Position numbers and translations under genes: made by a program. Below, piece after piece: positions 16,892 through 26,025 of a stretch of 64,000 nt of DNA. Location of the stretch: positions 96,001-160,000 of the forward strand of contig JBFOMH010000009.1 in the NCBI GenBank assembly GCA_040830765.1, in the 5' to 3' direction. Positions within the stretch are counted from its first letter, which is position 1. The number at the start of each line of letters is the position of its first letter. This DNA comes from Puniceicoccaceae bacterium. GTDB taxonomy: Bacteria > Verrucomicrobiota > Verrucomicrobiia > Opitutales > Oceanipulchritudinaceae. Below the pieces are notes generated by a model, which did not search any database, was not told the DNA's origin, and saw only the letters and a list, made by a program, of their open reading frames with translations.

Positions 16892-18852
16892 CACTCCCAG
16901 GTACTGAGGTCAAACCGCTTGGCCGTTGATTCGAGGATTTTCAGGATGGTCCTGAAGGTCGTGATAAGAAGGGTCCGCGTCTCCGCATCCAAACCGGCAG
17001 GATCAATAACCGCGCCGTCCGTCCCCAGCTTCAATCCTTGTGAAATACGGGCATACTGGGCTATCAGGAAACCCTCGGACGCCTCGTGGAGAATATTGCC
17101 CATGTCCGTCCCCAGCCGGGCCTGCTTGGCCGCCTCATCGAGTCGCTTGTAAGTAGCCGTCGGCTGATGAGAGCCCGTTTCCAGGGTCAGGACCCTTCCG
17201 ACATCGACCAATGGCAGCAGGGCGTGGGATTTAATCGCCAATTCGCTGCGATGGATACCCTCCTGATCGACGACATAGCCACTGAAAAGGGTTTTTGGTG
17301 GCTGGTTGAGAAGGGAGTCACTGGCCATGTAAACGATGAATCCCGGGTTCGCAGTCAGCTCCTGGTGAATGTGCTTGCTCAGTTCTTCTGCCAGGGTAGA
17401 GCCGGCTTCCATGGCCGGTTTAAAGTCAAATGCATCCCGCGCACTGTAGACGTGGGAATCGACGGGCTCACGAATATATCTCGTGAATTTGGCCTTCATT
17501 TCGGAAAGCGGGAGGCACCACTCAGCCTTCTGGGCAAGCACGTTCTGCGGGCTTTCAAGGAAGCCACAATGACGATGCCCCTGGGCCACCCGGTCGGCAA
17601 GATTGTGGAAGAAGCTCCTCGCCTTCTCCTCCAGTTCGGATTCCGGATCCGCATAAACCAAGGCGTGGTATACCGCAGAGCGAATAAGCAATTCGTCGCG
17701 GCCACCGCTGCCCATCATGAGCCAGGAGAATTCAACGGGTGGAACACCCATTCCTTCCTCCTCCATGGCGATTAGGCTTAATTCGATGATCCGCTGGGTC
17801 AGCTTGCGGTTGAGCACCCCGACCATTTCCATCAACCAGATGAGCGACTGCCTGTTTTCAAGGAATTCAAGAATCAGTGCCTCCAGCCGGTCCCTTAAGC
17901 TACGCAGGGATGTGATATCAGGAGCCGAGGCAATCGCTTCCCCAATAACAGAGGGAAAGCGCCCATATTGCAGAAACAGGTTGCGTTCCGACACTAAGCC
18001 GACGGCCCGCGTGTCAAGGGTCCCGTCCTCTGTCACAATGAGGAAATTTCTTCCCGACCGGGTCAGCTTAATCAACATGTCGCCAGTGTTGTCGGTTGGA
18101 CTGGCCGCATCCAGGTCGCGGAACATCAGATCGCGAACCGGGGCGTAGGGTTGGATGGAACCTTCAAGGATGCGATCCCGCAAGTGACCATCGGTCAGCT
18201 TCCCAATTGGCCGGCCGGCATCATCAATCACCACAATGCAATCGATCCGCTTTGACTGGAGCTTCATCGCCACCTCACGGATTGAGGCGTCTCCCATGAC
18301 AGTAACGAGTGAATCCTTTGCCACCTGCTGGGGTTGGTCGACCTCCCACAATCCGCCTTTGCGCAAGGTAACGAGTGCCTTGTCACCTCCGGGTACTTCC
18401 TCCTCATGGAGGAACCCACCCCAGTGGTAGCTTGGGCTTAGGCTGAAATAGGCGGCCAGGTAGCGCCGGGCCTGGGCTGACTTTTCCGCCAAGTCTACAA
18501 AAAGTGCCCTTGGGAAACCATAGAGAATGGTTTCCGTTTCGGTACGACAGGTGTGCAGATAGGGCTCATCCGACCGAATTCCCTGCAAGCCCAGCATGTC
18601 CCCCGGACCCCGCAAATCGACCAGGGCTTCACCTTTTTCCGTCTCCTCAAGGATTTTAACCTGCCCTTCCTGGATGACATAGAGCCACTGGTTCCTGGGC
18701 TGACCTTGCGAGAAGACAATTTCCCCGTCCTCGTGAAACTTCACCTTGCTGTGCCCGGCCAGTTCCCGCAAGACATCGACCCCGAGGTATTCGAAGGGGG
18801 GATATTCCTTCAGGAAGTCAGCAATACGAACTGAGATGGAGGAACCTTTCAT
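16888..18852 (-). CDS. cNMP-binding + tandem CBS + DUF294 nucleotidyltransferase-like protein
   Basis: FLKEYPPF...cNMP domain; CBS pair (IGKLTDGHLR, VGLVSERNL); WLMMGSGGRDE NTase motif; IKSHALLPLV..GRVL C-terminal domain. Confidence 0.9.
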   Translation of the reverse strand: MKGSSISVRIADFLKEYPPFEYLGVDVLRELAGHSKVKFHEDGEIVFSQGQPRNQWLYVIQEGQVKILEETEKGEALVDLRGPGDMLGLQGIRSDEPYLHTCRTETETILYGFPRALFVDLAEKSAQARRYLAAYFSLSPSYHWGGFLHEEEVPGGDKALVTLRKGGLWEVDQPQQVAKDSLVTVMGDASIREVAMKLQSKRIDCIVVIDDAGRPIGKLTDGHLRDRILEGSIQPYAPVRDLMFRDLDAASPTDNTGDMLIKLTRSGRNFLIVTEDGTLDTRAVGLVSERNLFLQYGRFPSVIGEAIASAPDITSLRSLRDRLEALILEFLENRQSLIWLMEMVGVLNRKLTQRIIELSLIAMEEEGMGVPPVEFSWLMMGSGGRDELLIRSAVYHALVYADPESELEEKARSFFHNLADRVAQGHRHCGFLESPQNVLAQKAEWCLPLSEMKAKFTRYIREPVDSHVYSARDAFDFKPAMEAGSTLAEELSKHIHQELTANPGFIVYMASDSLLNQPPKTLFSGYVVDQEGIHRSELAIKSHALLPLVDVGRVLTLETGSHQPTATYKRLDEAAKQARLGTDMGNILHEASEGFLIAQYARISQGLKLGTDGAVIDPAGLDAETRTLLITTFRTILKILESTAKRFDLSTWEW

Positions 18853-18912
18853 AGGGGCAGGGGTATAAGACGGATAATGACCATTATGAGAGCTCTGCAA
18901 GCAATTCCCGTG

Positions 18913-19824
18913 TCAGATTGCACAAGATATGCCCATCCGGTCTCCCACCCGGGCATAAAGTTCAGTCCCACTGGCCGTTAATTCAAGCAAATCGTCGGAG
19001 AGACGGATCCGACCAGGTTGAAAAATCGTGATCACAGAAGACCCCCCGAATTCGAACCAACCGAAGGGCTCACCCTTTAGGAAGGATTGGTCCCCGCGGG
19101 GACAGCGATAGCGGATCGAGCCGACATTAGTGGCCCCAACGGCAATAAAGAGGACATGCCCCAGCGAGTCGGTCTGGATGTGGCTCAAGTGCCGCTTGTT
19201 CTCCCAGATGCAGGAAAGCCGGTACCGGAGGGCGATGGGACTGACTGAATAGAGCCGTTTCCCCAGCCACCAGGAGTCAACCATGCTTCCTGGGACCGGG
19301 TAATGGAAATGATGATAATCAACCGGGCAGAGACGGCTGAGGACAAGGCTGCCACCGGTGAAGAGCTGGACCAGCTCCGGATCTCCTCCGAGCAACTTCT
19401 CAAGGTCCCATTGCTGTCCCTTGACAAAGACCCTTTGCTCGGTTCCCAGCTCCTGCCAGCCGAGATGTCGCCCGTCGGCCGGGAACACTACCGAAGCAAG
19501 GGCAGCATCAACAGGACGGGCATCCGGTTTCAGCTCCCGGCAGAAAAAGTCATTGAAGGAAACGAAGGATTCGGGTGGTTGGAGAAATTCTGAAACATTG
19601 AGTCCATACCTTTCAATAAAGGGCAGGATGCGTTTCCTCGATGCGGGGCGCTTCATCCACCAGCCAAAGATGGCTGAAAAGAAGGGTCTGGAAAAAAACA
19701 ACCAGCCAAGGGCCCGGCCCGGCAGGGTTTCGTAGGCGAACCGCAAGGCCCCATCCCCATAAACCGCCTCTTGCTGCATCGCCTTTTTGTAGCGGTCAAA
19801 GTAAGTAATGGGTTGCCCGTTCAT
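18913..19824 (-). CDS. psd: Phosphatidylserine decarboxylase proenzyme
   Basis: SFNDFF.RELKP.ARP, PADGR, RLCPVDYHHFH, VGATNVGSI, FGGSS cleavage motif. Confidence 0.93.
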   Translation of the reverse strand: MNGQPITYFDRYKKAMQQEAVYGDGALRFAYETLPGRALGWLFFSRPFFSAIFGWWMKRPASRKRILPFIERYGLNVSEFLQPPESFVSFNDFFCRELKPDARPVDAALASVVFPADGRHLGWQELGTEQRVFVKGQQWDLEKLLGGDPELVQLFTGGSLVLSRLCPVDYHHFHYPVPGSMVDSWWLGKRLYSVSPIALRYRLSCIWENKRHLSHIQTDSLGHVLFIAVGATNVGSIRYRCPRGDQSFLKGEPFGWFEFGGSSVITIFQPGRIRLSDDLLELTASGTELYARVGDRMGISCAI

Positions 19825-19855
19825 TGCCTTCAGGGAAGATAGATGATTGGGCCTG

Positions 19856-20515
19856 TCAAAACAGTTCCTGCTGGGGCTCGATCCCCTGGCTTAATTGCAG
19901 CAACCAGCGGATCGACATTCGATCGCACATTTCATCAAGACTTTCCAGGTAGGTCAGCAGGAGCGAAGAAGCGATTGCGTCGTAAAGCGCACAATGCGGC
20001 TTTCGCCGTTTCTGCGGACAGTATTCATTGGCTGCCGCTTCCAATTGCTGCTGAAGCCCGAAGGTCTTGACGAGGTCACCCAGCCCGTAGGAATCCAGGC
20101 CCGGGAATATGGATTTATACAAGCTGAGCGTATCCACCCAGGGTCCCCATTCCTGGGAAGTGCCAAATCCGGCCCGCCAATCCGGAACCACCGGAGGAAC
20201 TGCCCAGGTGTTTTTAATAAAACTATTCTCGGCATGGCGGTTGTGCGCGGCAAAAATACCCTTCCGCCGCAACTCGACAAAGTGCGCATAATGGGAACTG
20301 AATAGTTCATGAGCCATCGCCTCGGTTTCCCCTATCCCATGCACCTCCCTGTCACGGGAATGGATCGACCCAGTTGGCCGGCATAGACTGGTCTCCGTGG
20401 CATTGATTTGGCCGCCAATCAGATGAACGACTCCATACTCCACCACTCCGCTGGCTGGGCTGCCTTCGAAATCGAGCATGTAGATGTGAGTGGATTTCCA
20501 GTCCGTTCCATCCAT
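19856..20515 (-). CDS. DEDDh-type 3'-5' exonuclease
   Basis: LDFEGS, VHGI, AHNRHAE, WVDTLSL, HCALYDA. Confidence 0.8.
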   Translation of the reverse strand: MDGTDWKSTHIYMLDFEGSPASGVVEYGVVHLIGGQINATETSLCRPTGSIHSRDREVHGIGETEAMAHELFSSHYAHFVELRRKGIFAAHNRHAENSFIKNTWAVPPVVPDWRAGFGTSQEWGPWVDTLSLYKSIFPGLDSYGLGDLVKTFGLQQQLEAAANEYCPQKRRKPHCALYDAIASSLLLTYLESLDEMCDRMSIRWLLQLSQGIEPQQELF

Positions 20516-20638
20516 GCCACCACAATGAAGAACCTCTGGTGAAGCCTGCAAGCCTGCAGCAGCTTCGGACCCATCCGCTGCATTTGCTGCTTTTACAACT
20601 TGCCCAAAAAATGCGGATGCGTTTGGGTCGCAAAAATC

Positions 20639-22402
20639 ATGGATATTTCCTTCAATCCAGCCGACTTCATTGATGGAGCCCTGCGCAAGGCAGCCAGCGC
20701 GACCGGGCTCGACCGTGACTTTGAACCCGTGGTCCGCCCCGCAGATCCCCGTTTTGGAGACTACCAGGCCAATGGAATCCTGCCTTATGCCAAGAAAAAC
20801 GGCCTGAATCCACGGGAGACAGCGACACGGCTGCTCGACAAGGCAATAGCCGAAAATCTTCTCGATGACAGTATTCTCGAGTGGTCAATTGCCGGACCGG
20901 GCTTTATCAATTTCACCCTCAAGCCGGCCTTTTCGATTCAATGGCTGCGCCGCTTCGGCACCGAGGAAGCCCTGAAAACAGGAGCTGGCGGACAGATGCA
21001 GGGCCAGACCATCGTGGTCGACTTCAGCTCTCCCAATACTGCCAAGGAGATGCATGTGGGGCACATTCGTTCCACCGTGATCGGGGAAACCCTCTCCCGC
21101 TTGCTGGAATTTGCCGGGGCAAAGGTCATCCGGGACAATCATATCGGGGACTGGGGGACGCAGTTTGGGATGCTTATCTGGGCCATCAAGCAATCCGGAT
21201 TTGATCCTGAAAAAGCCAATCAGGATTCCGCCGTCGCGGAACTGGAGGCCCTCTACAAGCAAGGCCATGCTGCCTACAAGGAATCCGAGGAGAACGCTGA
21301 AGCGATCCGCAACGAACTGGTCAAGCTGCAGACTGGCGATCCCGGAAATGTCCGCATATGGGAAGCGATAACCAAGGTCAGCTGGGAAGCCTTTGAGGCC
21401 ATCTACTCACAGCTTGGCATCTCATTTGACGAAGTTCTCGGGGAAAGCTTCTACCGGGACAAGGTCGAGGCTGTTTGTAAGGAACTGGAGTCGACTTCCC
21501 TGGCTGAGGAAAGCGAGGGCGCCCTGGTGGTCTTTCACCCGGAGCACAAACGCTTTGCCAAGCAACCGTTCATTGTACGTAAGGCGGATGGCGCCAGCAA
21601 TTACGCAACTACAGACCTCGCAACTGTTCTCTACCGGGTCGACCATTTCAAGGCGGATGCCATGATGTATGTTGTCGATTCACGGCAGGCAGACCATTTC
21701 CAGCAGCTCTTCCTGACCGTGGAGAAGTGGTTCAAAGAGACAGGTCGCACGGTTCCCCGCATGGAACATGTCTCCTTTGGCAGCGTCCTCGGGGAAAACG
21801 GCAAGCCGATCAAGACCAAGGAAGGAGGCTCCGTTAAGTTAAAGGACCTCCTCAGCGAGGCCGTCAGCCGCTCGGCGGACATCGTCCGGGAGAAAAATCC
21901 CGACCTGCCGGAGGCAGAAGTGACTATAGTCGCGCGTGCCGTCGGCCTGGGAGCCATCCGCTACATCGACCTCAGCCAGAACCGAACCAGTGATTACCTG
22001 TTCTCCTGGGATCGTATGCTCAGTTTCGAGGGAAACACCGCGCCTTACCTTCTCTACGCGGTGGCACGCATACACAGCATTTTCCGCAAGGCTGGTATCG
22101 ATGAATTCGATACCTTCTCCAGGGCTTCGGAATTCTCTACCCCGGAGGAATTGGCCCTCGCCCGCAAACTCCTTGCATTTCCGAGTACAATCGAGCTCGT
22201 CCTCTCGGACCTGCGCCCGCACATCCTCTGCACCTACCTGTTCGAGCTGGCCGGTGTCTTCAGCAGCTTCTACAATGCCAACAAGGTCATTGTCGGGGAG
22301 GAGGATGTCCGGGACAGGCGTTTGCTCCTCTGCTCCCGGACCCTGACCGTGATGGAAAGCGGGCTCCACTTGCTGGGTCTGGAAACGCTTGAACGGATGT
22401 AG
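20639..22402 (+). CDS. argS: Arginine--tRNA ligase
   Basis: FGDYQAN, GPGFINF, SSPNTAKEMHVGH (HIGH), GDWGTQFG, GNTAPYLLYA, ERM C-terminus. Confidence 0.98.
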   Translation: MDISFNPADFIDGALRKAASATGLDRDFEPVVRPADPRFGDYQANGILPYAKKNGLNPRETATRLLDKAIAENLLDDSILEWSIAGPGFINFTLKPAFSIQWLRRFGTEEALKTGAGGQMQGQTIVVDFSSPNTAKEMHVGHIRSTVIGETLSRLLEFAGAKVIRDNHIGDWGTQFGMLIWAIKQSGFDPEKANQDSAVAELEALYKQGHAAYKESEENAEAIRNELVKLQTGDPGNVRIWEAITKVSWEAFEAIYSQLGISFDEVLGESFYRDKVEAVCKELESTSLAEESEGALVVFHPEHKRFAKQPFIVRKADGASNYATTDLATVLYRVDHFKADAMMYVVDSRQADHFQQLFLTVEKWFKETGRTVPRMEHVSFGSVLGENGKPIKTKEGGSVKLKDLLSEAVSRSADIVREKNPDLPEAEVTIVARAVGLGAIRYIDLSQNRTSDYLFSWDRMLSFEGNTAPYLLYAVARIHSIFRKAGIDEFDTFSRASEFSTPEELALARKLLAFPSTIELVLSDLRPHILCTYLFELAGVFSSFYNANKVIVGEEDVRDRRLLLCSRTLTVMESGLHLLGLETLERM

Positions 22403-22414
22403 GAAGGTAGCAAC

Positions 22415-23566
22415 CTACCGGATGTGCCAACGGTAACCATGCTTCGAAAGAAGCTCCGGTTCCCCCGAAGTGACGCGGATCACATCCTCAACCCGCACCC
22501 CGCCAAGCCCGGGATAATAAAGCCCCGGTTCCACCGTAATGACCTGCCCCTTGCGGAGCCGGCTGCCCGCCGCATTGACCCGTGGCGGTTCATGGACCGC
22601 CAGCCCGAGCCCATGGCCTAAACCGTGGATAAAGCCCACCGGCGTCCCGTTCTTGGTCGTACTGGGAAAGCCTCTTTCATCGAAACCTGCCTTGACCTTC
22701 TGGTAAATCAAGGATCCCGAGCGCCCACTGCGGTGAGCCTGGAGCGCCTTCTGCTGCTCCTCGAAGACTGCCACATAGAGATCCCGCTGCAGGTCCGATG
22801 GGGTTCCCTTGAGGTAGGTCCGGGTCATGTCCCCATGATACCCCGTGGCCGAAACCCGCGGGAAAATGTCGACAATAATAAACTCATTCGCCCGCAAAGG
22901 ACCCGTCCCGCGGCAATGCGGATCACAGGCCTGGTCGCCACCCGCGACGATGGTGTTGCTGGCAACAGCGCCCCGGTTCAGGCACTCGATGGAAATTGCC
23001 CGCTGGAGGATTTCTGAAGTCAGCCGCTTTCCCGAATGATAGAGGTAACCGCGTTTGATCTCCGCTTCCCGTAGTAATTTCTCCACTACACGGAATCCGG
23101 CGGCCGCGGCATCATTGCCTTGCCGGATAAAGCGGGCCTCCTCGTCAGTCTTGCGTTCCCTTTCAGGAAACAACAGGCCATCGGCAACGTCCAGCCGGAC
23201 CTTTAATTGTTGCAGCTGGAGTGCCGGCCCGCAGGGGAAGGTTGACGACACCCGGAATCCCTTGATCCCGTAGCGGCGGGCCAGCCAGGCAATTATGGAT
23301 CCGGGATAGAGGAATTCCCTGCGGGCGGATTTTCTGGCCTCCTGCTCGACCGCTTCAAGGGAAAGGACCTCATCATAGCGCCCTTCCTTCCGGACCCTGG
23401 CATACTCGAGCCGGCTCAGGACAGCGATCCGCCGGCCTTTGCATGAAAAGGCGATGAACGGGTCGGGAACCATGGCCCCACCAAAATAAAGGACATCGGT
23501 GTCTGTTTCCGAGTCAGCGTAAAGAAGCGCTTCGAAGGTATGTTTCTGGGGACGTTTTTTGGCCAT
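22415..23566 (-). CDS. Xaa-Pro aminopeptidase (M24B)
   Basis: DIFPR, GYHGDMTRT, HGLGHGLGLAVHE, TVEPGLY, GVRVED. Confidence 0.92.
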   Translation of the reverse strand: MAKKRPQKHTFEALLYADSETDTDVLYFGGAMVPDPFIAFSCKGRRIAVLSRLEYARVRKEGRYDEVLSLEAVEQEARKSARREFLYPGSIIAWLARRYGIKGFRVSSTFPCGPALQLQQLKVRLDVADGLLFPERERKTDEEARFIRQGNDAAAAGFRVVEKLLREAEIKRGYLYHSGKRLTSEILQRAISIECLNRGAVASNTIVAGGDQACDPHCRGTGPLRANEFIIVDIFPRVSATGYHGDMTRTYLKGTPSDLQRDLYVAVFEEQQKALQAHRSGRSGSLIYQKVKAGFDERGFPSTTKNGTPVGFIHGLGHGLGLAVHEPPRVNAAGSRLRKGQVITVEPGLYYPGLGGVRVEDVIRVTSGEPELLSKHGYRWHIR

Positions 23567-23615
23567 TTAAAGTATTGGGTTGAGAAGTTTGAATGTTCCT
23601 CACTTAAATCGACCC

Positions 23616-24134
23616 ATGTCATGGCGTCTATCCAAATTTCTTCCAATCCTCCTCGTCATCCTGTGCGCCTGCTCGCCGGAGGAGGAGCAGCTCATCGCGA
23701 CGGCATCCGTTGACTCATGGTTGCCCCTGTCCGTGGGCGGTATGGATATTGAAGTCCAAGTGGCCATTACCTCCGTGGAGTTGCGCAAGGGCTTGATGTA
23801 CCGGCAATCACTGGGGTCGGACCAAGGCATGCTCTTCCCATATGCCCGGCCCCAGAAAATGACCTTCTGGATGGCCAATACACCGCTTCCCCTGGATATT
23901 GGCTTTTTCGACAGCGAAGGGGTCCTGATCGAGATTCATCGGATGTACCCATTTGATACAAACCGAACTGTCTCACGGTCGGATGCTGCCCAATTCGCAC
24001 TTGAAATGAACCAGGGCTGGTTTGGCCGAAATGGCATATTCCCCGGTGCCCGTTTAGATCTGGATAAAGTCGCCAGAGCCCTCCGGAAAAGGGGCGTCAA
24101 TCCTCGCGAATATGGCTTTCAGGAAGTGGATTGA
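23616..24134 (+). CDS. DUF192 family protein, probable lipoprotein
   Basis: GLMYR, GMLF, FWMANT..PLDIGF, ALEMNQGWF; lipobox-like ILCAC. Confidence 0.88.
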   Translation: MSWRLSKFLPILLVILCACSPEEEQLIATASVDSWLPLSVGGMDIEVQVAITSVELRKGLMYRQSLGSDQGMLFPYARPQKMTFWMANTPLPLDIGFFDSEGVLIEIHRMYPFDTNRTVSRSDAAQFALEMNQGWFGRNGIFPGARLDLDKVARALRKRGVNPREYGFQEVD

Positions 24135-24139
24135 CCCAT

Positions 24140-25417
24140 TCAGACAGGCGCACCGCTGACCTGCAAGGCAGCCTCGCAAAAACGGCGTGTCGCCTCGGGC
24201 AACAACTCCTTTTCAAGCGCACCAAAGCTGAGCCGGACGCAATTGTGGGGCTTGCCCTCTGCAAAACAAAGATCACCCGGCACATAGAGGATTTCCTGCT
24301 CCAGGCAGGCCTTGTGAAAAGCCGAGCCAATGCGGGTATCGACACCTGAAGGCCCCCGGGCCCAGAGCAGCAAGCCGCCCAATGGCTGCTCCCAGCGCCA
24401 ACCGGCCTCAGGAAGTCCATGCTCCACCAGAGCAGCTTCCATGATGTCCCGCTTTTCCTTGTAATGTCCCCGGATGGACAAGAGATGCTCCTCATACTCC
24501 CCAGCCTCAATGACGGACTCAATGATAGCTTGATTGAAATGAGCTGAGCCGAAGTCCTGGTGACCCTTGATTTTGGCCATGGTAGTGAGGCAGTCCTTGT
24601 CGCGGCTAACCATGAATCCAATCTTCAGACCCGTGGCGAACGGCTTGGTGAAGGTCCCGGAGTAGACAACCGGATAGTCCTCCCACTCATCCAGCGATAG
24701 CAGGCTGCGGGCCGGATAGGGTTCATCAAAATACAGTTCCCGGTAGGCCATGTCCTCGACCAGCGGAATCCAGTAGTCGAGCGAATTGAGGATGCCGGCG
24801 AGCATCTTCTTCTCATCCTCGGAAATGCTCCGGGCGGATGGATTGGCAAAGGCCCCCATCAGGTAGACCAGCTTGACTGACTCCAGCTCTCCACGGTCGC
24901 GCAGATCGTCAAGAAGCTTGCTCAATCCCTCCGGATCCAGCCTGCCCGTTTCATCACTGGGAATGGAGATAGCCCGCACACCAAGTCCGTCCAGCAGCTC
25001 GAGGAAAACAAAATAACTTGGGCTCTCGACCAAGACAATATCCCCTGGATTACAGAGCATCTGGACCAGAATATAAAGCCCCTGCTGGGATCCGGTCGTG
25101 ATGAGGATGTTCTCCTCCTCGAGGTCATTGACTTTTTCCCCGGGGTAACTTTGCAGCAATTGGGCCACATGCCTCCGCAAGGCGGGCCGCCCCCGGTTCA
25201 TGCCATATTGAAGATGGGTCCGCCCCTCGCTCAGCGAAAGCCGCTCAATGGCCTGCTTTATCTGACCCTCCGGCAGAACCCGGTTGTCCGTGAATCCGGC
25301 GGCCAGCGATAGCATTTCCGGATGAGCCAACTTGTCGGCCATGAGCCGCGTAATGACGGATTCCACGCTCCGGGCGCACTTCCCGAGCTTGGAGTAGCTG
25401 ATTTCCTTTTCCTTCAT
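24140..25417 (-). CDS. PLP-dependent class I aminotransferase (LysN/MocR-type catalytic domain)
   Basis: LQYG...G, TTGSQQG, VESPSY, FANPS, EDMAY, GTFTK (PLP Lys), VPG, RLSF. Confidence 0.88.
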   Translation of the reverse strand: MKEKEISYSKLGKCARSVESVITRLMADKLAHPEMLSLAAGFTDNRVLPEGQIKQAIERLSLSEGRTHLQYGMNRGRPALRRHVAQLLQSYPGEKVNDLEEENILITTGSQQGLYILVQMLCNPGDIVLVESPSYFVFLELLDGLGVRAISIPSDETGRLDPEGLSKLLDDLRDRGELESVKLVYLMGAFANPSARSISEDEKKMLAGILNSLDYWIPLVEDMAYRELYFDEPYPARSLLSLDEWEDYPVVYSGTFTKPFATGLKIGFMVSRDKDCLTTMAKIKGHQDFGSAHFNQAIIESVIEAGEYEEHLLSIRGHYKEKRDIMEAALVEHGLPEAGWRWEQPLGGLLLWARGPSGVDTRIGSAFHKACLEQEILYVPGDLCFAEGKPHNCVRLSFGALEKELLPEATRRFCEAALQVSGAPV

Positions 25418-25442
25418 TGAAGGCATGATGATTACGGTTCTA

Positions 25443-25898
25443 TCAGTGAATCCGACCTTCGTCAAAGTCGATAATGTCGGCGAAGGAAAGGAGATCATCC
25501 CGGTCCCCGGCTTCCATCGTATTCTTTGCCTGTTGCAGAGCCTCGCGGCCCATCTCGCTCATCCCTTTCTGGACAAGCTCCCGGTTCCATTTCTCAACCC
25601 GGAGGTTTTCCGGAAAAAGCGCGGCCAGTTTTTCTTCCAGCAACGCCTCATCCTCTCCCGAGGACTCGACGGCTTCAATGACTGCCGATGGATCCAATCC
25701 CAGATGGAGGCAGAGGAAGCGGTCGAATCCGCGGCAGAAATTCCGCTGATAGGAAGCGGGCAGTTCCCCTTGCAAATGTTTGCGGATCTTGGCGATAAAG
25801 CGGGGTAGATGCAGCAGGCCCGTCGCCTTGTGCGGGATGTAAGGTGACGGGAGGTCACGACAGATAGCTCCCGTGGGACCAAGGTTTTCCTCATTCAT
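25443..25898 (-). CDS. DUF5069 domain protein
   Basis: SPY...GLLHLPRFIAKIR...GELP..Y...GFDRFL...LG pattern; ends FDEGRI. Confidence 0.8.
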   Translation of the reverse strand: MNEENLGPTGAICRDLPSPYIPHKATGLLHLPRFIAKIRKHLQGELPASYQRNFCRGFDRFLCLHLGLDPSAVIEAVESSGEDEALLEEKLAALFPENLRVEKWNRELVQKGMSEMGREALQQAKNTMEAGDRDDLLSFADIIDFDEGRIH

Positions 25899-26025
25899 AC
25901 GATTCTCCAAGGTGAAGGTTTCGTCTGCCTTGTAAAGCGCGGAAGCACATCGGGAAATTCCAAAACCATTTTGACAAAAACTGCCGGCTGGAGAACCCTG
26001 CTTCTGGCAATTCCTTTTCGATTCG

